A stretch of DNA of 49,315 bases, counting the filler, from Sphacelaria rigidula (Eukaryota): assembly GCA_964200075.2 (NCBI GenBank). It is 2 parts of 2 records of this genome, joined end to end, with 100 filler letters (N's around TTAATTAATTAA, not from the genome) between each part and the next. Parts side by side here need not be neighbours in the genome. Positions count along the whole stretch, not along the records: positions 1 to 24,628 come from CAXNAA020000195.1; positions 24,729 to 49,315 come from CAXNAA020000196.1. The stretch is one strand, 5' to 3'. The notes beneath the pieces are model-generated. The model was given only the letters and a program-made list of their open reading frames with translations. It was not told where the DNA came from and searched no databases. The position numbers and the translations under genes are program-made. Every line of letters starts with the position of its first letter. Within the stretch, counting starts at the first letter, position 1. Shown here in pieces: positions 13,901-25,444 of the stretch.

Positions 13901-16539
13901 GGGCGGTGGCAGGGAACGGGATGTACACACACGCGGCCATTTGGCTACCTCAAAAATTTCTCCAGGCGGGTAAACGTTTCGAGCCTCCAGAGAAATTAAA
14001 CGCCTCCGGAGGGGTGCGCGGCCCTCCGGAGGATATTTTTTGGTTTCCTCCAGAGGGATTAAATGCCTCCGGAGGCTTATTTTTGCCTCTGGGGGGCCGC
14101 GCATACCCCCAAGTCCCTCCGGAGGGGTGCACGGCCCTCCGGATCGGTAGAGTTTGGTTCCCTCCAGAGGGGTTAAACGCCTTCGGAGGCTTGTTTTTTC
14201 CCCGGAGGATCGCGCATCCCTCCGGGGGCAATTTGTGGTGTAGCCAAATGGCCGCGTGTGCACTTGTGGAATGTTTCGGCGCTATTGGTGCTGTTTACCC
14301 CCGTGACAGTGTTTTGACCCCTTTCGCTGGGGCCGGCCTGTGAGCAAAAGGATCAACGCCGAGTCCAGAGAGGTAGCCTGTCTTCACAGGATTGCAAACA
14401 TTCCTCGTACCTGGCTACCCTTCGTTGGATGGTGTCTCTCCATCTTCTTGACGGCCAGCACCGATCCCGTGAAGGTCCTGACGGCGACGACACTCGCTGA
14501 TCAGTGCCAATGAACCAGGACGAGGCACGGTGGAGAAGGTAGCGATACGACGGGGTTATTGATGTTTTGCTATTGGTTATACACTACGGTATGTCACCCC
14601 TGAAAAATTGGAAAATTGATTCGTGAACGCGACCTTTGCCTCTGTGCCGGGTAAGCCGGCCGAGCTCGGCAAGTCGGATGAAAAACCTTCGACCCTCTTC
14701 CCGTTCATTGCTGGTACGGTTTACAGGAACTGTCGGCAATCCGAGAAGGAATGCACAGCGAAAGTCACTCAGCCATCACACGAAGCTATCAAAATACGGA
14801 GAACACAATATTAGCTCCCGATTAGTTATTGTGCTTTGAAAGTCCGGATTTACATCCTCGATATACAGAAGATGTGTTGGACTCCTCATTGACGGATTCC
14901 GATTGTGTTATACGCTCCACACTGACATGTTCAGGCCCCAACTACCAGGAACGACAGCAGACGAACCATCTCGAGTTTTCTCACGTCGTACCATATGCTA
15001 TACTAAGGCCTAATTTCATGATCGATGTCGTTGCCGTCACATGTTCCGAACAGCAGCGAGTTGACGACACACGCGATTTTAGTACAGCGGATTGGATCGA
15101 CACACCCTCACCACGCCGGCTTTCATGAAATTTTCTTTGCTACTCACATCCTGACTCCCTCAACGAGGGAAATTAGACATTTTTAAAGGAAGAACCGCAT
15201 CTATCGGGATTCGAAGCCTCAATGTTCGGCCCTAACACGCTGAGGATGCACCGATTCGGGTACCGAGGTACGACGACGTACACACGCATGCGACTATGTA
15301 GTTGTCGAGGGTGATCGCACCAGTTTCAGTTGACACAGGACATGCTCAACGGCTCGTGTTGCCCTGCAAAGTCCCCCGCCGTACCACGAAAGCAGACTGT
15401 GGGAAGAAAGCGCCTTCACTTGAGAAAATATTAGTTTAGATCACTTGCCCAGTCCTGGCAGAGACCGCCATACGTTGCTTTGTTGCTCATCACTCAGCGC
15501 TACGAGTATGTCGTTTGAGGAGTAGCAAGTTGCAGCGCATGTTCATTGGTATCTATAGCGCTAAGATGGTAGTGATTGCGAATTTCTGTTTCCGCGCATA
15601 AACCAAACGTGATATTTCGTAGAAGAAGGCCCAAGAAGCATACTTCCTCTGTCCCATGAGTAAAGGTACCTAAGTTTGTACGGGCCCTTAACGATGTCCG
15701 ATCGTTTTTTTTTTCAATGAACTCTACGGTGTTTTTTGGGTTCAGAAAATGTGTTTAAATTCGCAGCTCGTGCTTGAACCATGCCGCCAAACGGCTGCAA
15801 AAAAAGTAGTCGGCCCAAAAATGGCCGTTTTTTGCCCCTTTCCGAGGGGGAGAAAAGTGTCGATTTTTTTTTTAATCGCGCGAGACTTCCTGGCAGCAAG
15901 CCCCAGTGAAGGCGGGGGTGATTGAAAAAAATCGAAAATCGAAAATTCGACACTTTTTTTTCCCCTCGGAAAGGGGCAAAAAACGACCATTTGGGCCGAC
16001 TACCTTTTTTGCAGCCGTTCGGCGGCATGGTTCAAGTACGAGCTGCAAATTTCAAACACATTTTCTGAACCCAAAAAACACCGCAGAGTTCAATAATAAA
16101 AAACGATCGGACATCGTTAAGGGCCCCTACAAATTTAGGTACCTTTACTTATGGGACAGAGGAAGTATAGCAGTAATACGTGCTACACACGCAGCCTCGG
16201 CAAAGCATGGCAACTAGCCACCGCCACGCCGGAGTGCGGTTGCCATGAGCTACCTCCCAACATGAATGAACGTGCGTAACCGTACTCACCGAACGCTCCG
16301 TTCCCGACCCCACTGCCATCTCTCTCCAAAAGATCTGCTTTCCCCCATCGTCTTGGCGCAGAGTCACCTCCTGCCCTTAGCGCCTTTGGGATGAATGTCG
16401 AGCTCTCCAGGTCCCCTTCTGAGGTGACGAGCAGCTGCGAGTATGAGGCGGCACGGACCTCTTCAACAGGTTCTTCCACCTGTTCACATGCCATGGCACC
16501 GAACATCGCAAGGCATCTTGCGGCGCTTAGGCAAACCAT
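4706..16539 (-). CDS. Spliced Ser/Thr protein kinase (non-RD, CAMK/AGC-like fold), 10 exons, ~435 aa
   Basis: Exons 16290-16539, 14411-14496, 13208-13302, 9917-9968, 7766-7889, 7109-7197, 6427-6539, 6112-6156, 5547-5784 and 4706-4921 are GT-AG bounded and phase-compatible (1308 nt). They give subdomains I-XI in order: VGNGAFASV, LAVK, RE…HPNVV, [53 protein letters not shown]…HHWL. The start codon is tentative. Confidence 0.9.
5547..5784 (-). CDS. Kinase exon 9 (acidic insert plus subdomain X)
   Basis: ttgcag|…NNDTEDTEDSSCD…RISIGCYEVDQTRIDTVGADFIAT|gtgag, joins in frame to LLQVSPDTR. Confidence 0.8.
6112..6156 (-). CDS. Kinase exon 8 (45-nt symmetric, possibly skipped)
   Basis: ctag|(R)VKVERVVSSLGCTD|gtgag; phase 2-2, no conserved motif. 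Confidence 0.5.
6427..6539 (-). CDS. Kinase exon 7 (APE, subdomain IX)
   Basis: cag|[37 protein letters not shown]|gtatg. Confidence 0.93.
7109..7197 (-). CDS. Kinase exon 6 (DFG, activation segment)
   Basis: tag|(G)GAERRVLLADFGASQRVGDDEITTVMGTL|gtaag. Confidence 0.92.
7766..7889 (-). CDS. Kinase exon 5 (subdomain VI, catalytic loop)
   Basis: cag|[41 protein letters not shown]|gtaag. Confidence 0.92.
8150..8620 (-). mobile_element. Intronic fragment of the same decayed coding element as 22790-24628
   Basis: 8233-8480 aligns with 23287-23535 (atgctacggtagg…aaatcttgtctgg…atgcacaagaat…ggtcaggg…cccgtttgcaaattcattcgg). The translation is conserved: QCAxDxPNEFANGxxLTHILVH. Confidence 0.7.
8939..9231. 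mobile_element. 293-bp foldback MITE, CAC termini, 2-bp TSD (EnSpm/CACTA-like)
   Basis: ~120-bp near-perfect inverted arms (cacgggtggccactggggtctgtaacc… / …ggttacagaccccagtggccacccgtg); GA on both flanks. Confidence 0.88.
9917..9968 (-). CDS. Kinase exon 4 (subdomain V, hinge)
   Basis: ccccag|(M)AYLMMPLADTDVSTVIQ|gtacg. Confidence 0.85.
13208..13302 (-). CDS. Kinase exon 3 (subdomains III-IV)
   Basis: cag|DDVVTRELGLLTECAGHPNVVEAVGYMKTTE|gtgag. Confidence 0.9.
13928..14260. mobile_element. 333-bp MITE, CAC termini, 2-bp TSD, internal cctccggagg repeats (EnSpm/CACTA-like)
   Basis: 21-bp TIR cacacgcggccatttggctac / gtagccaaatggccgcgtgtg, with CA on both flanks. About 10 internal cctcc(g/a)gagg motifs. 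Confidence 0.85.
14411..14496 (-). CDS. Kinase exon 2 (subdomain II)
   Basis: cag|(A)SVVAVRTFTGSVLAVKKMERHHPTKGSQ|gtacg. Confidence 0.85.
15643..16165. mobile_element. 523-bp Stowaway-like (mariner) foldback MITE
   Basis: Termini TA|cttcctctgtcccat…atgggacagaggaag|TA; arms of ~230 bp are near-perfect inverted repeats. Confidence 0.9.
16290..16539 (-). CDS. Kinase exon 1 (N-terminus to Gly-rich loop)
   Basis: …DGSGVGNGAF-G followed by gtgagt donor; 5' boundary (ATG 16539) uncertain. Confidence 0.75.
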
Positions 16540-19500
16540 ACAAGCACATAGTCGAGCTAGGCGGGGTTGATTGGTTTCCGTCTTGACACAAGTGGTAACA
16601 AAAATATCACGGAACGCTTGACACTGACAAGTTCAAAACATCCGGGGTGCAGATTTTACTGCAGGCGAGTTGAAAACGTTGCAGCTGAGACCGCCTGCCC
16701 GAAAGTATACAGTTGATCTATATTCGAGGGAGTTATCCTGGTTCAAGGGTCTGGTATAGCCGACAATGATGACTCGAACTGTGGTATCGACTTTCCTGGG
16801 CAAAGCGCACGGCCTTCGAGCGGGATAGACCTTGCTCTCAGGATGAACGGACGAGTCTATAACGTGTTAACCGTCTCGGTCTTGCTGCGATTTTGATATC
16901 CACTTCATGCCGTGCAATCGAGCCGAGTAAACTCTGCTCCTGTATGTGTGCCGGTTTCGCGCCGGAACGTTGGGATGTCGATGTTGACTATTGCACTTAC
17001 GCGCAGTGTTTGTGGAAAGATTGCGTGGAGGAGGCGGCCGCTGAGTCGGTACAGTTGGTGGAGAAGTCCGCGAAGGAAAACGTGGTACCCGCTGATACGG
17101 TAGGAGGTAGGGTGAATCAGGGTGATGCCGTTCTAGCCAAGTCCAGGGAGGAGAAGGTCGTCGACACCAATGTACGAACGATACATACCCAAACTGCTCT
17201 AACAAGTATCCCGCTTCGCTCCGCCGATACATTTACCCGTTTCATAACGCAGAAAAGTCCACAGATATCGCCGGACGGTTGGATAGGGGAGGTGCGTGGC
17301 AGATCTGTGTGTGTGCATACTGAAAACAATTAATTGCCGTCGTCGGTTTTCCGTGCCAGAAACTATCCGTTGCTGAAACGTTCGTTTCGCACCACCGCCG
17401 CCACTGTCGCAGCCACTGACCTACTGAGTACCGGTGGCGGGACGGGGGGTGGCGCCAGCGATATACCTACAGTTCTGACGAGATAGTAGAACCTGCTTTA
17501 TCTCGAAGAAATGTCACGACGTTATTTTCTCCGGATCGGGTAGTCATTTTGCCGCGTTCCGGCTTACAAACAATGAATGTGATTGGTGGCATGATATGAG
17601 ACAAAAAGCACGCTGGAAATTAAGCCATGGCTGGTATCGTTGGGAACCCAATTTGTATGATGAGCATCTGGTGTTTGATGCATGAGTCTATCCTCGTGGC
17701 GAATGAAGCAAGAGGAACCCCACAAAGCAAGATGTTCGTCACCACGGCTGTTGGTTCTACATGTCTGCATGCTTGCTTTCCCGATTTCTGTTTTTCAACA
17801 GCTTTCAAGACTTGCGGGAAACGCGCAATTTGCACCCCTTTGCACTTAGAGTATGAGCTGGGCCGGCCGACAGTGATTCTCGAACGAAAAGTGGAGATGC
17901 GATTGGCAATTCGAAGAGTTAGGCGCTGAAATTTTGACACGACATTTTTACCAACAACCCGCGCAACCCTATCAGTGGAGTAGAGATGAAAAAAACAGGA
18001 AGTTAAAGTGAGTTGAAGTTCAAGCAAATACAGGAAAAATGCTATAACAACCTTTTTAAAATGATAAAAACGATGACAACGCTCCAACACATGCGGGCAC
18101 TCGCGTCAACCACATCATGGTGACGTTTCAGCCAAAAATACCTCAACTTGAGCTTCGCGTCGCACTTTTCGTGTGACACGGCTGCGCCCCGGCGGTCAAA
18201 CTGATACAACAGCCTCAAATTATACTGGTCACGAGTTCGAAGCCCGACCCGACAATTTTGTTTTGTGTGTATAATCTAATCGTGCATAACAGCTCGTACC
18301 TCCGGGTTGCAAAGGGTCTCGATATTTTGGTGACGGTCTTGGTTTTGGGGGGGGTATAACGCAGTTCCAAGTAGTACTTCTCCCTCGAGCGGTGAAATAC
18401 GACGGTTGGCTCGGAGATTATGTCCCATGATGGAGCATGTGACGAGCTTGGTGCCATATTGCAGCACTACCAGTGTGCCCTTACCTGGGCATGTCGGGTG
18501 TGCGTGTAGCCTATGCGGCGCAGCGGTCTGTCGTAATTCACCGCGTTTTGTGAAACGAAACGTCTCTAATCACGTTGTCACGCAACGACAAGAGACGTAC
18601 CCGGTACTCAATCCAGTACAATAACATCATCGCCAAAACTGCGCCAATCAAGCAGCGGCAGTGCCGTGTGTTACCGGGTTAGTCTACATTTCACAGCGAT
18701 ATACTCAAATCGCGCTGATTTGGGGAGAGAGAATGTGGGATTGACTGCTGGGCCAGCTCGTATTCAATGTCTCAGAAGATATCTAGTCTTTTGTCCACTC
18801 AATGTGATGTTGAATTGCTTCCAACCAATGCCGACTTCGCTAACGATCATTTGGCATTTCCGTATCTGTGTTGAGTAACTTGCAATATTGAGTGAGGTAC
18901 CGGAAAGTTGTACTTATATTGCATTTGGTATTCGCTGCAGTAGGTTGTGGAAGGCGTAATTTATATTATTTTGTGAAAAAATATTACTCCCCGGAGTGTG
19001 AAGTTGACAAGGGGAGGATGTTCGTAGGGTTGGCAGTGCGGGGGGAGTGACTGACTATCTGAGTGCTGTGGTTCCAACGAGCAATTTTCTTGTAGTCTAC
19101 CACCTCTAGATAATCACTGGATATTCGCTTGGTGCACAACAAGCCATTTGGTTTCAAGTTTTGGTCAAAGACATTTCGATTTTGGTCCGAGTTATATCAT
19201 GCTCGATATCGTAGTCACTAGAAAAATATAGCGAAAATATCGCAAGGGGTACACCAAATCTAGAGGGCTAACCGATAGTAGTCGAGGCTCCAACTCGTGG
19301 CCTTCAACTCATATTCAAAGTGCAATGAAAAGTAATAACATTCGATTGTGTAGGTCAGAAGCTAACGGAGAAAAGGTGACCTGACAACCAAAAATAGAGG
19401 TGAAATCGTTTTAGATTGAAAACTAACGGACCCAAAAGAACCACCTAGATTTTCGAGTAATCACCAGAGGGCACTCAAGATCTCTTTTCAAAACGCGACC

Positions 19501-22500
19501 ACTTCGTGCGGGTTTGCTCTTTTTGATATCGAAAAAAGAGGTCGGAGAAAGGGACGTTATATCTCTTTGTGACTTTGAGATTGCGAGCCGCACTGAAGAA
19601 ATCTACCTGCTCAGCACCGATAGAAAATTCGACAACCAATGAGCCTCTCTGGTCAAGGCTATCTTTGAAGGCAACACTTATCCGGGCCTACATGTGAGTA
19701 TGGCGGAGATGCTCGCCTCCAACTCCGTCACGAGTTGTGCACGCAAAACGATCGTATGCAACTTACTAAATATTAGCACGTCGACGAAGCCAAAGGGTTT
19801 CCCCCGCTTCCCCCGCGAGCGGTTTTCCGAACAAAATACGAACTTCTCACAGTTATTTCCAGCCCATATAGGAATCCTTCACAGTTACTTTAATCTGAAT
19901 ACGGATGTCTTACAGTGAAGGCAGCGCACAGGCATCATTTTGTTCGCGCTTATTATGGAGTTTTTGAAATTGCTTCCAAGCCAAATACGAATTTCGTTGA
20001 GGTCGGGCAGCGCCCGACCAACGCCTGGACATTTTGCTTTATTATCTTCTGAATATGTTGATGCGACCGCGATGTTCAGGATCAAAAATAACTCAGCATA
20101 ATGTGTAGCAACCCCATCCCCTCCCTTCCTCCCTCCGCTTGCCCGATTTTTGAAGGTTATGGGCGCATGCTTCTTGGAAAATGTCGCTACGGTTGATTGG
20201 GTATTTGGTAATTCGTCATTACTCGTGCATTGCTGTGTTTGTGGACATTCCTTCCAATATCCGCAATATATGGCTTGTTCCAGTTGCCATATTTCTTTTT
20301 CCGGTTGTGTCGCACTCCCCATGTATTTTCGTTGCTTCCTTGGTTTTTGCGATCGCCGGCGGATTCATCTACGCTTTCTGCTGTCTTTTACTCTGATGCA
20401 CTGGTTGTAGTTTGCAACCCGTGATCTGCAATTCTATCCTTTCTCTTTGTATAGCGAAGTGAACGTTACATTGACTCTCGTATCGCGTTTGATTTTGGCC
20501 ACATCTCCTCAGAGTGTTTTTATGGGTGGGTCTGCACGGTGACTGTCGGAATCGCAATAGATTCGTCGATTGAAAAAGTCAACGCGTACATGAACACACA
20601 TGACATATGTACAGTAGTGTAGCATGCCCCGTGCCGCGATTTTCCGTGGCAGGGTACCATGGTTTCAGATTTCCGCAGTTCTCGCGATATCTGTAGTTTC
20701 TCGTGGAAGTACCACATTAGTCCGACCCCGTACTGTCCATACAGTGCTTTCGGAAACAGACACCGAGGTACCGTAGAAGCCACGATAACAGATACCACAC
20801 CGAACCTACCGCACTGTACAGGTACCAAAAACCGTGTACCGTTGCTCAATGTTTGATTGTCGCGCATTCAGTGATCCTCGAGGGACACAGCGGGGGTCAC
20901 ACGATAGGCATACCCGATATGGTCAACAAAATCAAAATTACTCGCCAACGAAAAAAGCATGTGAGACGCAAAAATGTACAACAAACGAAGACATCTGAAA
21001 AACAAAGAAACAAACAGAATGTGGTAGCAAAAACCGCGAAACTCACGTATGATACCGAATAATCGTACTCCAAAACTCCAAAAAAATCTTTTGAGGAAGA
21101 CACTGTGTGATTGTCAGCATGACCTTTGCCAGTGTATATCTCACGAAGTTGCCACTTTCCAAAGCTTTCCTTATGACGCAATACATTCGAAACTTGACAT
21201 ACGAGCGGGTTCACGCTTATCACCCACAGTTGTGTCATCAGCCAATTTTAATACCTTCCACAGTACCCACCCAAAAGTCGCATACATGGTTTCATGCTGA
21301 CCGCCACGGGCAACTGAAGAGGTGGTATAGTCGGGTTTGTTTAAGGCCATTGCTATGGCACGGAGGGCCAAAAGATCCCTCGACCAATCAGGTGCGTTCA
21401 ATTTTTTGAAAAATTAAAATGCAATTATCCAACGCAATTTCCGCCCAATCTTCACATGCTCATGTAGTAGTACTGTGATTAGCTCGGGAACCGAACAGAA
21501 AAAAACAGATGTGGAAACGGTCACGTTGGGATCGAATCATACTCCGAACCGTGGTATTTCGGTGACGTGCGGCCTTGGCGTCGTCGGGTTTCCACTCATG
21601 ATAGGCATCTAGGATCCAGAACGTTTTATGATTGTTTCCCACATATCTGTCTCAGAGAGCCTGTGGCCGCCTTCAAACTTGACAGTTCGGTAGGTATTAG
21701 TGCTCCAAATGGGGAAAATATGTTGAGAAACATTCCAGTCTTTCTTCGCTCTTTGCCAGCTTCCGGAGTTTCCGGCCTAAAAGACCCCCGAAAGCTGGTA
21801 CAGAATGCCTCATAATACGAAAACAAAAGTTGTGTGTCCCAGTGTAACCCAAGGAACATTTGTACAACGTTTGATTGCAAAGCTTGAAAACCTGATGCAA
21901 CTTTCTCGTTTAACAATGGACATACCCCAAAACAAAGTGTTCACACCAAAACCAAATCGTTATCAGTTTGTACCTTTCAAACCCCACTCCATCGCACAAA
22001 AACGCAAACGTTCACGCCCCTTCTGGGAGTCAGGCTCTGAACACGTGCGCGTAAGCAATATGTGACACTTCGATTTGTTTGTGGGCGGGGTCTCCTGACT
22101 TGCTTTTTCCCGCCAGTTAACGGGGGTCCCAGCGAGGGTTGTTACTCCCCAAGTCCCCAGGACACCCTATCACTGACGACAAGCAAAGATATCCGACCCT
22201 CTAGTTGTTTTCTTATGTTTCTGTGTTTCGTGTGTTCAACATTTCAGAGGCTACCTCTAACAATCGGCGTGAACATTTGCGGATGAATGAATCCTGGATG
22301 AAAAGCGTGAACCAGCTCGCTCTGAAAGAAAAGTGTGAGTTTTCGACAGTGCAAGTTCATGAGACGTACGCTAGCAACAGTTAGCTTGCTAAAAATGACG
22401 CTTGTACGAGACTTTGATAAACGAGTCATACCCGTACGAAAATTGATAGGGCTGTGAACTGACGGCTCGGGTCAGTTCAGTTTGAGCTGGCCGCGCCAGC

Positions 22501-22789
22501 GGCCTGTTCATCGATGTTTTCCCAGTTAATCGACTTCGCTTCTTTTCCCTGAAAAAACGTGGATAGCCATAAAAAATGTGAGCCCTCAGATTGAGAAGCT
22601 CAGAGACTGATGTGCTGTCGTTAAATCTCACCCAACGAAGTGAGTGGTTCAAAAATTATTCGTCAGTAGTATGCAGCAGCAGAGCCTCTCCATGAGAAGC
22701 GGAGGACGGGAACAAGTAAGCCACCTGAAGTTTGAGCGCTTGGGCCGACGCGTCTGACCAATTTTTTTGAATGTAAAACAACTTGCGGG

Positions 22790-24628
22790 CTACTATTGTT
22801 GCTCTTTTTGTTTCAGCTGTTTCAGTACATGCAAGGCTTCATCAAGTGCCCAAGAAATGTACTGCACGGCACGCACGAATATATTGAAAACATCTTCAAT
22901 ACGTTCATGATGTCTCATGTGGAGGTAGGCCAAGGATGGGAAAGTAGCCGTCCCCGGGATGATATTCACCGTTTTGTCCTGTCGTGAACGAACGATGGCG
23001 TTCCTGGCTATCCGTGGTGTAATGGCGTCGATATTTTTGACAATACGTGTCGTGCGAAGTCCTCCCGCGAACGGCCAATACGTCAAATAATACCCGCCAA
23101 TGAGGGTGTTTGGGGAGGAGATATGCCCATCTCATCGTCGGGAAGGGGGAGAAGGGTGGTTTTGAATCAGCAAGTGGGGTCCATACATTCTAGTGACCAT
23201 TCACATGTTCGGGGGCATCGCCTTTTGTTTGTACATAACTTGATGGTGGATTATGATCCCAGCTATACGTCGGGATGGCATGGGACAATGCTACGGTAGG
23301 GGTGCACCTTTTGCTCAAAATCTTGTCTGGTTCAGGGGCTCCTTACGCTTCTACATGCACAAGAATGTGGGTCAGGGCATTCCCGTTTGCAAATTCATTC
23401 GGAAAATCCGTAGCACATTGGAATAGTATTCCTGGCGTATTCTCACATATTTCATAAGCCGTGTTTTGGATGGGATGAAGGGCTCCCCCAACAATTCTAA
23501 CCCCAGAAGATATTTGCGCACCCCTACCGTAGACCCCCGGGGTATCTGTAGTCCTGTCAAGAAAGACAGAAAGTACGATGAGTTAGGGTAGGTTGTAGAC
23601 CTTCTATTGGTACCGGTCACGTGTTCGAATCCATTGTTGTCCGGCCACAAATAGCTCGCACGTCAGATAACCCCCCCTTCCCGCTGAGATAATTCGGTGA
23701 GGCAATACGTTAATTTTAACCCCAGGGGAAAGGGGCCGGGGGAGGGGTGCAGGGGATTCTCGAGCTGCGGGATGAGATGAGCACGATCTGATTATGCTTC
23801 CTGCGTGTCCAGGGGCATCGCCGTTCGTATGTAACATGCCCTGACGGTGAATGATGCCCCCTGCGCGTGTTAAGCGATCGAGGGGATGGAACAATATCTT
23901 TCCCGTGGCGTCCGTAACCCCGATAAGGAAAACGTCACTTATAGCTGGTTAGGGTAGACTTCATGTTTTTTTTTGGCACCGGTAAGTGTTCAGATTCCCG
24001 CTTGTCCGGCGGCAAATGGTTCAAACGTTGGATAACACCCCCTTTAGGTGGAATTTGTTCAGGAAGGGAATGCGTTGATTTTATCTCGGGAAAAGAGGAT
24101 GGAGGGAGAAGTGGGCGATGAGGTTATCGTTATAGTAGGCACGTTCTCACGATTCCCTCCGCGTGTCTGATCGCATACAGTACCTATTCGTGTGCAATTG
24201 CCTATGTATCAAGCGAAAACGGTAGATAACACCCTCATCTTTTCTGGAGAAGGGATAGAGCGATTTCATCCCCGGGTGAGAAGATAGGCGAGGCAGAGTC
24301 AAATACATCGTTTTTCACAAGTTCTACCATGTGCTCGCGTGTTCAGGTGTATCGTCATTCGTGTATAACAGGCCAGAACGGTAGAGACCACCCGCCGGGT
24401 GACAACTACTTTTTTGGGGGGATACGTACATCAAGTCTCGGAGCAGGAAAAGGGATTATCTTTTACATTTCGTTAGTTCCATGTTTCAAGTATCCCCAAA
24501 AAATAATCGAAAACGTCCAAACGTATTGCCAATCGCACGGTATAGGCCAAAACAACAGCCAATCATCTATATTGAGGATGGTGCTATTGATTGAGGATGA
24601 GAACCCGGAGGATTAAAATCTTCGTATC
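22790..24628 (-). mobile_element. Decayed coding region of an unclassified repeated element, truncated by the gap
   Basis: Fragmented minus-strand ORFs ending …WALDEALHVLKQLKQKEQQ* at 22793. Clearly paralogous to 8233-8480 and weakly to 355-430. Confidence 0.6.
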
Positions 24629-24728
24629 NNNNNNNNNNNNNNNNNNNNNNNNNNNNNNNNNNNNNNNNNNNNTTAATTAATTAANNNNNNNNNNNNNNNN
24701 NNNNNNNNNNNNNNNNNNNNNNNNNNNN
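24629..24728. other. Artificial contig-joining spacer (N44 + TTAATTAATTAA + N44)
   Basis: Symmetric N runs around a 12-mer that puts stop codons in all six frames. Confidence 0.97.
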
Positions 24729-25033
24729 ATGATGCTAGTCAAAGAGTCTGACAGCTCCCTTCTGAACGAAGATGTACCGGCCAAATTTGTACATGACTTG
24801 TAGACTGGGCCGGGGACGGTGCAGCAAGGGGGTGATACCAGGTCTCAATCTTGAGATCAAAATGCAGGTGCGTAAAGTACAAGAGCGAACGGTGTTCGCG
24901 GCCAACGTGGAGAAATTTCATGTGCACCTAGAACAGCTGCAGCATTCAGGTCCAGGCGAGGTCTGTTAGCTAGCTTGGGGGGGCACATTTAGGGTTAGCC
25001 GAGGAGATCACGACCGTTCCGCAACTGTATACA

Positions 25034-25444
25034 TTGACAGATAGAAAAGTGGTGTTAGGATCAAGATCATCCTGGGAATGGGCCTATCGGGGGTTGTTTC
25101 ATGACGGAACCGAGTCTCACTGGCTTTCAGAGGAGGAAGTTTTAGACAGTTTCACTGAGCTACAGTTGGACGTGTTTCATGCTTTGTGGGAACTATATAA
25201 CCCGCAAACCAAACCGCGCCCATCCATTAACCCATCTCGAGCGGAAAGAGACTCTTTTGCTCGGGATGACGCTTTGCGACTCATTCCTCGAGGGACCAGA
25301 ATACGTGAACAGTTTGTGGACAGCCAAGGTGAGCGACAGGAGATCAACGGGGAAGTGTTCGACTTCCGTCAGCCGTATTACCGTATCAAGTATGAGGAGG
25401 GGGATTGGGAAGAGATGACGCCGTCGGAGGTCAGTTCCCGTTGA
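25034..25444 (+). CDS. C-terminal chromo-like plus Tudor-like domains, probably the integrase tail (5'-truncated/decayed)
   Basis: ITDRKVV…WEWAYRGLFHDGTESHWLSEEEV (chromo-like) and GTRIREQF…INGEVFDFRQPYYRIKYEEGDWEEMTPSEV (Tudor-like YxxxYEDGDxEE motif). Confidence 0.65.
   Translation: MTDRKVVLGSRSSWEWAYRGLFHDGTESHWLSEEEVLDSFTELQLDVFHALWELYNPQTKPRPSINPSRAERDSFARDDALRLIPRGTRIREQFVDSQGERQEINGEVFDFRQPYYRIKYEEGDWEEMTPSEVSSR

Noticed and set aside
13622-14343. Long overlapping ORFs (213 aa, 145 aa)
   Set aside because: They are produced by the GC-rich internal repeats of the MITE at 13928-14260.
16893-17333. 146-aa + strand ORF divergent from the kinase
   Set aside because: No domain or convincing splice partners were found. 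It could be an exon, but this is unsupported.
18225-18255. tRNA/SINE B-box-like gagttcgaagccc (similar motifs at ~15205 and ~23622)
   Set aside because: No cloverleaf or matching A-box could be built.
24988-24998. Telomere-like tttagggttag (also gggttcgggttagg at ~41810)
   Set aside because: Fewer than two full repeats, which is expected by chance.
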